This document shows, piece by piece, positions 47,730-61,200 of a stretch of 64,000 bases of DNA (its first letter is position 1; every line of letters starts with the position of its first letter). A model generated the notes under the pieces. That model did no database searches. It was not told the origin of the DNA and saw only the letters and a list, made by a program, of their open reading frames with translations. The stretch spans positions 73,656,001 through 73,720,000 of the forward strand of contig CM060732.1 in assembly GCA_030704615.1 (NCBI GenBank), written 5' to 3'. The position numbers were made by a program, and so were the translations under genes. Origin of the DNA: Takakia lepidozioides. Its lineage: Eukaryota; Plantae; Bryophyta.

Positions 47730-49436
47730 GGCAAAAGAAAATTGAACCGGGACGCCACCCCCTTCTTTTGCAATCAGCAAACCTACGTCCGCTTCCAGCT
47801 TCAAAAAGCTGACACCTGTACTAGCAACAAATACTTTCTGCTTTCTCAACGTCGTAGATGGCTCCACTAGGGCTTTGATCAACGGAGAAAAGATGGACCT
47901 TAGCTCTTGCGTCTCAGGGGATTCATAGTGATTTACATTTATTCTTCCCAATACCTGCGCTTCATCCATAACTACAGTGAAAGCGCACTCAAGCTTCTCC
48001 TCTAAATCCGTCCACAGTTTTCTTATCCTAGCATTTAGCCCTTCTGAATCTTCCAGGGAAGTAACCACGTTAAAAAGTTTCCGAGTAAGCACATCATATA
48101 GATCACTACGATCTGCACCAAGGAAAGCATGGAATTGCACCTAGAGCATGAGCCATTGCAGAGGACTCAATTCAAGAATTTCTTGGAGACAAAATTCCAA
48201 GATTAACAACCTTGAAAGAATGGCACACCTCATACGTTCCATCACATTCTTCTGATTCGTTGCCTTATCGGAGCCTATCTTGTGAGAACTCACAGAGTCG
48301 ACATTGTCTGACCCACCGTTCCCTTTGGTTCTAGCTGTCCAAAAAAACCCCACTTCTCTGCAAGCAACTCATAAAGAAACCGAGTTTTCCCACTCCCACT
48401 CACTCCAACAACTGGCACAATACTAGTCGCTCGATCCATATATCACCAACGTCTTTAGTCCAACCAACAGTTAATTTATCCAGTAAAATGATTGGATAAC
48501 CACGGTGGTCGAATGGCACACCGTTCTGTATAGGCAAATTGCACCCCTTCTCTTTGAAAGTGTCCAAAAACTTAGAAAATTTCAATTTTCATGCGTGCAT
48601 AACCACATTCACTGATTCTGTAAGCAAAACCCGCACACTTTCCGTTACTCCTTTTTACACTCCTGACAGATCCATGTATTTGGAGAAAAATAAGAGCATC
48701 CTATCTTGCAAATAATTGAACAATACAAAAGATAGACCAACAAAGACTATGACAAAAAAAATGCAAAGAAAAGGGGAACATGGAAGAGAAGGCTGAGTAA
48801 CAGAGTAGCTCTACCTAAAAACCTGTTTCCAGAGGTTTTTAATCTCTCCGCAGATCTCTCTCCCCCTGCAAATATGTCAGATTTTGTCAAATTTCAAAAG
48901 ATCTGCATTCATCCAAACTCTTACCATGGAAATACTGATGAAACTGCTGTTGTAGGGCAGCATCTTATAACCCCAAACCCTAAACCAAGGACAAACTAAA
49001 TTATCTGAGCACACATTGGCCTCTATCAGTCATTGAATATTCATAAGTTTTTAATCTTTTCCCAAATCTCTCTCCCACTACATATATGTCAGACTCCACC
49101 CTGGACACATGCATCAAAGTACCGAGAAGAAAGCAAACAAGATAGGAAACACTTCAATGATCTCTCTGGCACAAGCATAGCCGATGTGTTGCACTCACTA
49201 ACCCTAAGTAACACAGCTGCACAGCAACACACCTAAGAACACAGCCGACGAGTAAATTCACCTTGCTTATCAACCCTGAGGAGAATCAATTTTTCTTCGC
49301 GCAGCTGCTCCGTCTCTTTCCGCAAGTAGGTGACCACTTCGGCGCTTGTGGAAACCTTCAGTTGCTCTTCCACATCATCAATTTTTTTCTCTACTATCGT
49401 GATGTTCTGCTTCACCTCTTCAATTTCGGCGTCCAT
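47730..49436 (-). pseudogene. Crinkler/CR-type protein with N-terminal coiled coil and P-loop NTPase, frameshifted and cut by the transposon array
   Basis: Exon 49436-~49262 MDAEIEEVKQNI..YLRKETEQLREEKLILLR; Walker A GVSGSGKT at 48406-48383 followed by RFLYELL..WGFFWT; AILSRLLIL..WLML; Walker B TVVMDEAQ; RSIFSPLI..STG. Confidence 0.65.
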
Positions 49437-50055
49437 TCTGCTGAGTAACCATCAAACAGATCAGTACGAAATTCTATGGTTTCCTGCAGCAACCTCGAAA
49501 CTCTTCTGTCCGACTGGTTATACACCATCATGCGAGGTAGTTCCAAAACTGATATATTCACTATATTTTTTTTCCCAACTAAACATTCCATTTCAAGAAA
49601 GCACAGGGCTGCCAAATCAGATCACAGTGCAGAGCTATTCAACTTACACGTAAGAAAATCGAAAAAATCATGAAATTGAGGTACTAAAATAAGATCCCGT
49701 TAACAGAAGGAGCTGAATACATCTGGAGATCCAAGTTCTAGATTAAAATAAATCGGAATAAAGATTACACGATCAATTCCTAAATCGTGAGTGATAGAAT
49801 ATTTCAAGTATTTCGAACAGGACAACATAAATCAAGCGACATGGGATAGAGCACCACAAGAAAGAAAGCGGTGCACAGAATGTTAATAAAAACAAACACA
49901 AGCATAGATCGAAACCTAATTAACAAATCCAGAAAAAACGAAGCACAAGAAGAAAGACAACAAAAAAAACTAAAAAAATATTAATTACATGCCCAAGATG
50001 AATCATGTCAAGAGATCTGGAAACCTGCAGCAACTTAGACTACAAGGCCGGCCGT

Positions 50056-50239
50056 GAGAGATGAGAAGCCGAAGTGACAAGGAGTGCAAGCTAGAGCACA
50101 GAACGGCGTTGCAAAATCGAAGTGAACGAGAGTAGGACACAGAAAGTGAGAGATGAGAACCCGGAGTGACAAGGAGAGCAAGCTAGAGTAGAGAACGGCG
50201 TTGCGAAACCGAAGTGAACGAGAGTAGGACACAGAAAGT
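50056..50239. repeat. 92-bp tandem duplication
   Basis: GAGAGATGAGAA.CCG.AGTGACAAGGAG.GCAAGCTAGAG..GAACGGCGTTGC..GAAGTGAACGAGAGTAGGACACAGAAAGT occurs twice. Confidence 0.85.
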
Positions 50240-51092
50240 AAGAGAGACCACACTAAATTTGGCAATATGGCACAAACAAAGGCGAAGGATATTAGGGTAG
50301 AGAGGGAAGAGGGCGGCCCCGCCCTAAAACAGCGGGAATAGGCGCCAACAGTCCAACGGATAGTATTCGACCGTTCACGATTTCAAACATAAACACGGTG
50401 ATGCGCTCTTCTCTCCTTTTTTCGGTGGATCAGGAAGGAATGCTCCTACTTTGCTTTCTCTTGTAAGTGCAGCTGCTCTAGAGGTCGAGGTGTTTGCTAG
50501 CGGAGTGCAAGGAGGTTATAGGACGGATGAATGCGAGGAGAGGATACGAAAAGGTTGTCGTCACGGAGCATTATCCCTTTGAGACTGAGCTTCCTGGCGG
50601 TTTGCTTGCACATTTCACTATCAGGACGGGAAAGCAAGCGATCAAAGACGAATTCGATGTCCTCCTTTCGCACTACTTTGGGACGATCGCATTCCCTGTT
50701 GATGAGAGATGTATTTTCATAAGGTTTTCTCTTGAGCTCTTGTTGCAGAGATCCGCATTAGCAGATGAGGTGTGCTTTCAGATCTGTTGCTATGTTCGGC
50801 TTCTGGTGATGAAATCAAAGAATGTCTTAATTTCAGTTGTACGTCTCTTTTTCCCGGTTGTGAAATCCAGATATGATAAAGCAATTCTATGTCTTGTCTC
50901 CCGCTGCTACTCATAGAATTCCTTGTCATTGTGTCGTCCTAAAGAAACGTATATCCGACGGTATCCAACTGTGATATCAAGGAGCTACGCGGAAGGATTT
51001 AAACTTGGTGTATTTATGATTGCGATACGAGAAGTAAAGGAGAAATTCTATATTTTTTATACGGAAGAGTTTACTGGGAGACAGAGCGAGCC

Positions 51093-54000
51093 ATGAATAT
51101 AACAGCTGAACCGGACTATCATGCTCTGCCTCGCCGGAGGCTGCAACAACTTTGCAAGAAACATGGTATCCCTGCCAACAAAACCAACGTCTTCATGGCT
51201 GATGCTCTCTCTTCCCTTCTCAAGGTATCGTTCTGACTCATTCCTCAAGCAAACAGTTGACAACTTAGCACGGACATAAATAGAAGCAGGGCGGAGGAAG
51301 GCAGTAGAAAAGGGGCCATAAAGTCAGATGTTTGTAAGTGGGAGCAATGAGTATCATCTTGATAATGAGTTGGGGTCTCTGGGAAAACTTTGTCAGGAAA
51401 AGGTGGAAAAGCAAGAAACTTATGAGATTCCTACATCTGCTACAGCCCCGGGGTTGGTGGATGAGACTGTTCAGCAACAGCCAGCCGACACAATGCACCA
51501 GGGTGAAGGCATCAGTGATGATAGAGGGAAGAAAGATGATGGGGATGAATCACAAGAGTCCACATTCTTGGGAACGGTATGCACTCATCTACCAGAGTTT
51601 TTGCTGCAAGGAGGTATCTTTCTGGGGACACAGGATTGCAATAACTCCTTGGTGACTACTGAGGATGCTGATGGTTGGAAGGAGAGAGAACGGAAACCCT
51701 CACAACCTGATACAGTGATGATGGATGTTCCTGAATACAAGGAGGAGGTTTCCAAGGCTTCTGAAGTTGATGAGGAGAGGGCTTTGAGACAGAAGCTCAA
51801 TGTTGCACCAAACACCCAAATCCTCAATAGCCAATCACAAAATTGCCAAATGTCAGAAGGATTTCACCTGGAGAACTCTCAAGCACATTCACTTAGTAGG
51901 ATGAAGCTCCTACCTTGGGAGTTGAGTCCAGGTGAGGGAAGCCGAGACACAAACAAATGTTTTGAATCAGACATAAGACTGGAAGTCTTGTTCAATCAGG
52001 CCCTATCCAATTCATTCTTGAAGAATTCTGGGTCAGATAGGTTTGCCCTCCACAAGGATCCAACAGACCCTTCTGCTGAAGATAGACCTAACATTGTTAA
52101 ATTGGAGATGTTGTTACCAGGTGAGAAGCTTGGTTGCATTTGTGTCGGCAATGGGGGATCAATTTGTGACTGGAAGAGACTGGTAACCACTGAGACGGGT
52201 TGGCCATGTTTGGTGAAACCATTTTCCTTGGAGGATGTACTAATGGGAGAGAGCAGGAGAAATCTGGGTGGATTTTCAAGGGATCCATCCAAAGCAGCAG
52301 AATTGACAAACAGCTTTGGTAACAGGGTAATGAGAAGAGGCAAAGGAATATTTTCTCTGCTGATACCAGGGCTGCAGGTTTTTGGAGACAGTGGTAGACA
52401 GTGGGGCTCACCATCAACCTGCAGTTTCGACAGAGACAAATCCTATGGAAGGGGGTGTCTCTTGCATCACACCCAACAGTCTAGAAAGGGAATGGCTAGA
52501 ATATCATTTGAGACCTCAGTTTCTCCTGGCAGGGTCACGTTTGGCACACTCTCTATTTCATCAGCAAGTATGTCGAATGCAGTAGTTGTCCAAGTCTCTT
52601 GCTCTACTTTCAAGCAGGGAGATTCTATTGCTTCTTTCCTGGGGACCAGCCCATACATCCCACAACGCCTTCTTTGCTCACTCAATTCAACCCTTGCACA
52701 GGATACTCAACAAACTGCAGTACATCTGCAACATAACAGGATGAAATGCCTCCTAGCTCCACTGCTTTCTCCTCTCTTTCTGAAGAGTAGGGCCTCTGAG
52801 TTGGAACGTACATCAGTTCCTCCATCTGTTTGTGAAGAGGTGAGATTCTTCTCTTGCCCCTCCCTGCAAGCACCCCAACCTGATGTCCCCCAGCTACTGT
52901 GCCCTGTGAATACTTGGGGAGACTTTGCAGATGTGGAGATTCATGCAATTGATGGCAACCAAGTTCCTGTCTTTCAGTTGGATATAAAAGCTGTTACAGC
53001 CAGTTCATCCAAGTTGCTACAAGGGAAGAGATGTATTGGTTCCCTGCCATTGGCTCTTTGTCATGCTCAAGAAGAGTCAGTGGGGAGTGATTTGATAACA
53101 AGTGAATATGGGTGCTGTGAGAAGGAAGTTTCAGGCATGATGGAGAAGGATACCCCTTGTGATGAAAATCAGATCATTCCTTGTGATCTTACACTTGGTC
53201 CACTGAAAAGTTGGCTTGGGCAGGGAGTGTGGGGTGACAAAGCTAAGACTTGCTCAGTCTTCTGCTATATCAACGCTCCAGTGTCACCTAAGAGTTCCTA
53301 TCCACCTGGGTATGGAGACTCAGCTTCCATTGGCCACAGGCATCTGTTCATGCCCATGGTAAGCGAGCAACCAATGACAATTGTTCGTAGGGATTTGAGT
53401 GCTGATGTAAAGGTACACATGCCAGGAAACACAATGTAATCAAGGACTGTGGCCCCCAATCTGACACACAATGTGACTATACTGCAGCTAGAAACTAGGC
53501 CGGATTTTGATACACAGTGTGATGGGGTTGTCTGCAGGATCCGTCTACTGGCTGTGGCCACGAAGATCTGGAAAGGTGAGTGAAGGAAATTGAGATTGGC
53601 ATTGTGAGTTCTGCTGTTATGTTTCCTGTGACACACTCTTTGAGTCAAATAATACTTTCTATGTGAGAGACCTTCAGAAAACTTCGGAACGGGTTCAAAA
53701 CATGGGAAGCCAGGTATTGTGAGAGCTTGGTGGTTAGAATGTTCACTGGGGGGTGGGGTTACAAGGATGTGTCTATGGCCATCAAAATATGTCTTGATGC
53801 CCAGACTGGTTTGGGCTTGACAGGGGTGCAAATGAGGGCCTTCTCATGCGCTTGACTGCACTTGAGCAAGAAAGGGTGCAGAAGAACAAGCCGATGTCTA
53901 GTTATAGGGATCAGTTCAAGAAGTCACCATTTGTGAGGCATGAGCGTTTGAGCAAAGATCTGGCTAAGGCACAGTCAATTGGGTCCATGAAGCGCGCAGA

Positions 54001-54699
54001 AATTTTAACTGAGAAGAGAGCCACACCGGGGTCACGAAAATCTCTCTCCTATACTCAGGCGCCTCCGTTGACTGAAAACAACGGGCGCAGCAGTTCTGGA
54101 TTCATGATTGCTTCCCCGCAGAAGATGAAAAGGTTAGACTGTCCCCTCGCCACTGTACCTTATATGGGAGTGTTTCTTGCGTTGTTCCATTTGTGGTTGC
54201 TGTCTACTTATGATTGCTGATCTTTATACTGGATTCTAGATCCCATAGATGTGGATGAAGCTTCCCTCGCCACCATATGTTATATGCGAGAAATGTTGCT
54301 CTTCTTTCTTTCCTTGTTCCATTTGTGGTTCCTGTCTATCATTGCTAATTTTCTACTCTATATATGAATGACAGGAGGGCAAGTGACAGCTTCATCCAGC
54401 GCTTGACCAGTGCAGATGAGGAGGAAAGGGTGCAGAGAAACAAGCCATTTTCTAGCTACAAGGATCAGTTCAAGAAGTCACCATTTGTGAGGCGTTCCCG
54501 TGTGAGCAAAGATCTGGCGAAGGCACAGTCCCTTGGGGCTATGAAGCGTGCAGAGATTTTAGCTGAGAAGCGAGGCACGCCTGTGACACGGAAATCTGTC
54601 TCTGTAAATCAGTCGCTTGCAGTGACCGGAAACAAACGACGAAGCATATCTAGGTTCTTGATATCTCCCTCTCCCTCCAGCAAAATCGAAAGGTTGTGA
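51093..54699 (+). CDS. Uncharacterised protein: N-terminal SAP/HeH-like motif, long disordered middle, two tandem basic C-terminal repeats
   Basis: Phase-consistent GT-AG model 51093-51224, 51328-53412, 53538-53575, 53824-54132, 54375-54699. Exon 1 (DYHALPRRRLQQLCKKHGIPANKTNVFMADALSSLL) matches the plant DFHSL.RRELQ.LCK...IPAN..N..MA.AL motif. Confidence 0.75.
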
Positions 54700-55035
54700 A
54701 AGCTGCTGCCATTTGGAACTTCGATGGGGGGAAACGTTTCTAAGTTCTTCTTTGCTGGGGGTCTTCGGGGATGACTGGATATATTCAAACGGTGCCATCT
54801 TTTTGGCATGTTATTATTACATTGCGATATGCAATTACTGTTAGCGATTCCCTCTGTTTAGAGGATTTGCTATCGAAATAAAACTGCAAAGCTTGAGTCC
54901 CCTGTTCTTGCGTGTTAGGTTTTGTATCTCGTTTTGTTTCAAACGGGTAACGATAATGCTGCATTTCATTACGATTGGACAAACGTGACACCGTCGACGC
55001 CGAGTCTTTCGCACCGAAATTCCCTCTTCTTCTGT

Positions 55036-55099
55036 TTCTTTCTACGGAGCCACAAGGCTACGGCAAACAACGCTCTTATGAATACATTCTTTCTACGGA
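55036..55099 (+). mobile_element. 38-bp LINE 3'-end insertion with a 13-bp TSD just upstream of ACX4
   Basis: TTCTTTCTACGGA (55036-55048) + GCCACAAGGCTACGGCAAACAACGCTCTTATGAATACA + TTCTTTCTACGGA (55087-55099). Confidence 0.8.
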
Positions 55100-55215
55100 A
55101 CGATTGCAGCCAGGCATCCTTTTTGTTGAGGGAACTCGGATTAGTGGAAATTTTCATGAAAGCTAGAGTCCCAGATTCTGAATTGTGAGCTGGTTAGTTA
55201 GTTGCAAGGGACGTG

Positions 55216-58200
55216 ATGGCAGAGCATATAACAGCAGCAGCTGTGGATGAGAAGAGTCGGCATCGCCTGGCGAGAATTCAGCAGCAGCTCCAGCCCACGC
55301 GTGGGGCTTCTCTCTGTTCACCTAGTAAGCATTTTTCTTTCTCCTACCGTGTACAGCACCCTGTTTGCGGATAATTATGGGAGTGGACGATTCCTGGACA
55401 AAATTGTTTGAAGGAAGGTATCCAGAGTTGACGTTTGGGAAGGAGCACGGCACAGGGGATAGGCCTACTCAACTAAGCAATATACCGGGTGGACATCAGC
55501 CCAACACCCAATTCCTTGTCTGGAAGCAGGGTGCCGTGGCTATGAGGCGATTCAGCTTTTCAGATTTTTTCCATGTTGAAAGGCCGATTTTGGAATTGTG
55601 AACATACACCAAGAGGTGGGAAGGGTGGAAGAGGGATGTTGCTGACACTGAGCTTTGAGCCCTTCGTCCTTGGAAAAGTACCTAAGTACATATGCACTTT
55701 TGCACTTGCAGTGCAGGTGGCAATTCATGATGAGTGTCGATTGAGTATCTCCAGGTTCTACAGCCTTGGATCTCTTCCCAAACCACTGTCATAAGTCATC
55801 AAGGACTGAGATCACCAGAAAACCCCAACAAGAAGATGGTGTGAGATATAATTGTTTCGCAGACTTGGTGGGTAAGAGGATTTCCTGATGTAGCTTCATC
55901 TGGATCTTGCCCCTCTTCCACTTTTGAAAATGGAGACTGAAAACGAGGACTGCTTGATATTTTGAAACCGTTGCAGCCTCACGCTCGCCCCAATGGCCGG
56001 GTGTGAGAAAGGGGAAAGTGGGAGGTATGTGGAGTCCGCAGGATGGACCCACAGGAATGTTGCCAGTGGTATCTCTTACATTATGGATTCAAAGAACTGA
56101 ACATGAGAGCAGTATGACTGTAGTGAGGATCAATTTCAAACAAATTCATAGAATCAAATGCCTCACATCGGAAATCTGGTCATATCTTGGGACATGATAT
56201 CCAAAATCCCTGGAAGATGTTCATTGTTAAAGACTTTTTCTGTGCCATTAAGGGTTTGTGAAACTCGGCTGAATTTGTGCTTGGCTGGAGGTACTAAGCA
56301 CTGCTTCTGTAGCCAGTTATCTTGACACAGGGAGTGTAAGCGCCTGATGCAGCCCTTTGGGTAGCACAAATTGGCACCTTGAAGTATGACTGCACTTCCA
56401 GTCCCACTGAAGTAACTGCTATGTAGATTTTGTAAACAAGGGTGGCAACTTAAGTTTGGGTTCAAGGATGGATTTCAGGTCAGTTGGAGAGCATGCCTAC
56501 GCTAGGCATAGGGCTGCCGGCCTTGGACATGGAAATGGCATTTCCTCAGGCTACACCTGCTTCAAAATTCCCGCCTTCTGGTATGGTGCCTTGGTGTTTC
56601 TACCACATGCCCTGCATAGACCAAGGTTAAGTCATAGGTTCACATTGGCAGGGTCATTCCTCCTCCATCACTCTTTGTACCCTGAGCAGTTGTGTGCCAA
56701 TGCTTCTTAGGAAGTCTTTGCTTGCATCTTGAATACATGTGAAAAGAATTGGGAAGCAAAGAAATTCATTTCGTTAACTTTCTTTGGATGGTGAACAGTG
56801 TCGGACTACTACCAGTTGGATGACTTGTTGACGCCAGAGGAGGTGGCTCTGCGCAGGCGAGTAAGGAATGTGATGGAGGAACACATTGCTCCTGTCATGA
56901 CTAAGGTATTTACCTCGTTGGCTGTAGATGTATTATATAAGCCAGGTTTCTCAATCCAGAGCACTATAGTCATAGATTAGAGACTTTCTTCTCAAGAGCG
57001 AGTCACTGGTCCTAATTCATATGAAACCTGCTACGACATTGCACTAGATTGGCTGCAAGTACACTTGGCAACTTGACCCAGTGAACATTCCTTATATATA
57101 AGGTTTTCAGTGTGGTTTTGATGTGTCTCCTCCTTTGACAAATTGCAACTCTCATCTATTCTAGACAGATTTATATTGCAAAGCTTATTTAGATAGGGTG
57201 ACTACTTTGCACCTTTTGCTACTTGGCCAGCCTAGGCCTTCATACAAGTGGCTTTTGTATGCACTGCCCTGCTAGGCCACATCAGGTTGACCTGTGTAAA
57301 ACTGTCTAGGCTACATGTGAGTGGAATTTCTAAGAACTACATACCAGTATGAGCTTCAGCAGCTGAGATATGGTTCTCAGGAGCCATGTGTTTCCTTCCC
57401 ATCAGCTTTAAAAAGGCATCATTGTTGACGTTACAGTGATAGGCATTACTTGGTAATTGTGATTTATCACTAGGATATATTAGTGGTAGATAGGAGACAG
57501 CATAGGTACAGGTAGCTGGAATTTGCAACTTACAGAACAGGTTTTGTTGGCTTGTCTGTTCTTGGCAGTACTGGGAAAAGGCCGAGTTTCCATTCGAAGT
57601 TGTGCCCAAATTAGCCAGTCTCATGGTAGCAGGAGGCACCATCAAGGTTTGTCTTTTGATCTGCACCATAATTCGGGTTTCACGTGGACTTTGTATTCAA
57701 TACGAACAGAGTCTTAGGCTGTAAAGAACAATGATATCGAAGTATCCAACTGAGGCTGTGAGGAATGCTTGGAGATTCCAGACCTGCTTACATCTGCTGC
57801 CTTTTTCTGTTCATACGTCTTACTGCAGTTTGTTTGGAAGGACGAAAGTGGGAGCTTTTCTTCCATATGGAAATCTGCTGCCTTTAGATTCAATCGACAG
57901 TGATGAGTAGTGGCGAGGCATCCACTCTTGTTGGTCATGTTGCACATCAAATACGCAGGACTTTGTTTTCCCCTTTGTAAGGGTATGGTTTATGGAAATT
58001 TGACAGATTTTGGAGGTGAGGCTGACAGGGAGCTGTAGTTGTGAATAACTTAATTCCTGGCCCCTAAAAGTATTTGATAAAAATTGTACGGGCACCATGG
58101 CAGGGGTATGGTTGTCCGGGGCTGTCAGTGGTGGGGAATGCGTTGGTAAGTGCTGAGATTGCACGAGTGGATGCAAGCTGCTCCACCTTCATTCTTGTCC

Positions 58201-61200
58201 ATTCGAGCTTGTGCATGTCCACCATTGGTATGCAGGTTGCCTCTACTTTCTTCATTCTGTTTGCAAGTTAATGTCGTAAGGCTTGAGAGATGATTGAGTG
58301 TGTATTTGAAGCCATCGTTGTCATTTAACAGGTCTGGCTTTAAGAGATGGCACTGACTTGTCGAAGATGTGCTGGTGCAGCCATGTTGGGGAGTGATGAA
58401 CAGAAACACAAGTATCTACCTAGCCTTGCTCGGTTGGAAGCTATTGGTTGTTGGGTAACTTTCCATGTCCTGCTGCTTTCTTACCTTCACATGAGACTGC
58501 TGTGTGATGAGTCCACCTTCTTGGCCTAGTTTTCCCCAGCTCTGCTTCATCAAGTCGTGCTCGTCAGATCTGGCAAATTTTCATCTGATACATAAATGCT
58601 ATCACAGTAGCAGTACTGTCCTTCACTTTTGAAGTTGGTGAGTTCCCGTGTATGCACTGCAGAGATATTCAGTTTTGCGTAAAACAATCGTGATGGGTAA
58701 TGACAGGCTTTGACTGAGCCAGCATATGGAAGTGATGCAAGCTCTCTCAATACGACAGCTGTCAAGGTATGGCCTTGCCTACTACAGCCTCCAACTTTGC
58801 TTATATGTTAGAAGATTGAGGCCACAAATCACTAGGGCATGCTTGCAGGTAGTACCCCAGATCAATTGTAGTGGGTGGCAACTTTTGACTCACTGTGGCA
58901 AGAGCAGATCGACGGGGGCTGGCAGCTGAACGGGCAGAAGCGATGGATTGGAAATAGTACATTTGCAGACATAGCCGTCATCTTTGCACGGAATTCAGGG
59001 ACCAACCAAATCAATGGGTGAGTGCTTGCAAAAGTTTTTTGGGTTATGCTAAGAATGATGCACCTAACTTTGAGTCCAGTGGTTGGCAATTGGGTGTAGT
59101 TTTTGTTCATGTACTTTGTAGACAAGGCATTTGTCTGTCGACCATTGTTTTGCTGGAGTATGTTGGCTGGCTGTGGCATACAGTTTGTGTAACGCCAAAT
59201 TGTCACATTGCAGCTTCTGTACCATGTTTATTCTGAGGATGGAGTTGTCCTCATGATGCTGTGTGAGTGTGGAAGGAAAATAGAGGTTTTACTTGTGTTC
59301 CCTCCACAGATGACCTTGCTCTGTAGACATGATGGCTTGGGGCCACTCCTTCATGCATGTCATTCATTTTCTGCAATGGAACATAGAACACTCTGCGTTT
59401 GGCATCTATATTAATTTAGAGTTGCAAAAGTATGACATCTTTCTTAATGTGTCTGGTTGTGGGATATTTCTGGGTTCATTCAGGTTTATTGTGAAGAAAG
59501 GTGCGCCAGGGTACACAGTGACCAAAATTGAGAACAAAATAGGGCTGAGGATTGTCCAAAATGGCGACATTGTTCTCAAGGACGTGTTTGTACCAGATGA
59601 TGACCGTCTACCTGGCATCCATTCCTTCCAGGATACTAATAAGGTCAGTTTTAAGTGTTGAGGATCATTTTGGTCTTCAGGCTAATTGTTGTTGTTGCCT
59701 GTGTATAGCTGAGTTCGTCTGTTAGGTTGGTTTCATTACTTTCTGTCACGGCGATACTCTTCTTTCAAGAGTGATAGGAAGCTGACTTCTTGCGAAATGG
59801 GCTGTCTTGACCATGTACATGAGAAATGGAAAATCGGGCTTCTGTGGATTCAGTTTGGACTGTCAAGTTGGGTCAGTTGTCGAGCCACCTACGTGGTTTT
59901 ATTTGTAGAAATTGATTGCATTAGTGTAGTTAGGCAAGATTTGAGGTAAGATGATTTCTTCATGCCTGGGATTCTCACCTACATTTCTACATGTTTACAG
60001 TGGTTGGAGAGTTGTAGAATGTGCGCGCTTGACTGGGTTGAAGGTCAGGCAACTTTGAATCATGTAGTTTGTAAGGATACTTCAAAAGCAATGGAATATG
60101 CTCATTCATCCCGGTGTCTTTTGTGAGTGATTATGGTCAACTATGAGGTTGAAGGGCATCAGGAGGAAATTTGCTTTTTTGTGTTTGGTATGTGGTTGGA
60201 GGTACTGATTGAGGGTTTGCTTACTGGACAGGTGTTGGCAGTGTCGCGCATCATGGTGGCCTGGCAACCTATTGGGATTGCTATGGGTGTGTATGATATG
60301 TGCCACAGGTAGGACAGTCTTTATCTTTCGCTTGGTTATCTGTCTGAGATTCTTTTGTGCTACAGTGTGCTGGCATGGAAGCTTTGTGAGTGAGCAAGTG
60401 TCATGTTTCAGCCGCAGCTCATCTAACGGATGCACTTGTGGCAGGAAAAATTGTTGTGCATTTTAGTTACACTTAGGGACACTTTAACTGATGGCCAAAC
60501 CAGCAGCTTTATGCTCAAGTTGCGATGCTGCATAGGCACTTTTGGCTTGTTGATCAAGTACTGTATATGCTGAGGACTAGGACACATTGTGAGGCTTGAC
60601 CATCCTACGCTCTCTCTCGGAGACCTCTGAGGGTTCTTATTTCCCACAATGGAGTCTGTGGAATGGGGATGTGGTGTCCCATAGTTTTCACCATGAGAAA
60701 TCTCATCCAGAATCCAACTGTTTCCTTTTTGTTATTAGGGTTTGAATTGGGATGTGTTTGTCTGAGGAAGCAGGTACTTGCAAGAGAGGAAGCAGTTTGG
60801 GGCACCCCTGGCTGCACTTCAGATAAACCAGGAGAAGCTGGTGCGCATGTTGGCAAATATCCAGGCCATGTCCCTGCTTGGTTGGCGCCTTTGTAAACTG
60901 TATGACGCTGGCAAAATGACTCCTGGCCAAGCCAGCCTTTGCAAGGTAAACTCTCTTGCTGTGAGTAGTCAACCAATCGGTGGTACATGCGTTCAGGAGT
61001 TCGAATTGGGAAGGGATATTACGATTCCAGTTGTTGTTCATGTAGCCGAGTGGGGTCACATGGAAGTTGAATATGAGGACTGGCTTCTCGTCAGTTTTAG
61101 GAGGTCCAATAGATGGTAGGCAGTAGTGTAAATGGATTCTTCTGCAATGTGGATGGATGGCTGTGTGTAGGCTTGGAACACTCTTCGAGCTAGAGAAACG

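Noticed and set aside
50494-50916. 140-aa ORF upstream of the SAP-like gene
   Set aside because: Non-ATG start and no motif; more likely 5' UTR or intron sequence.
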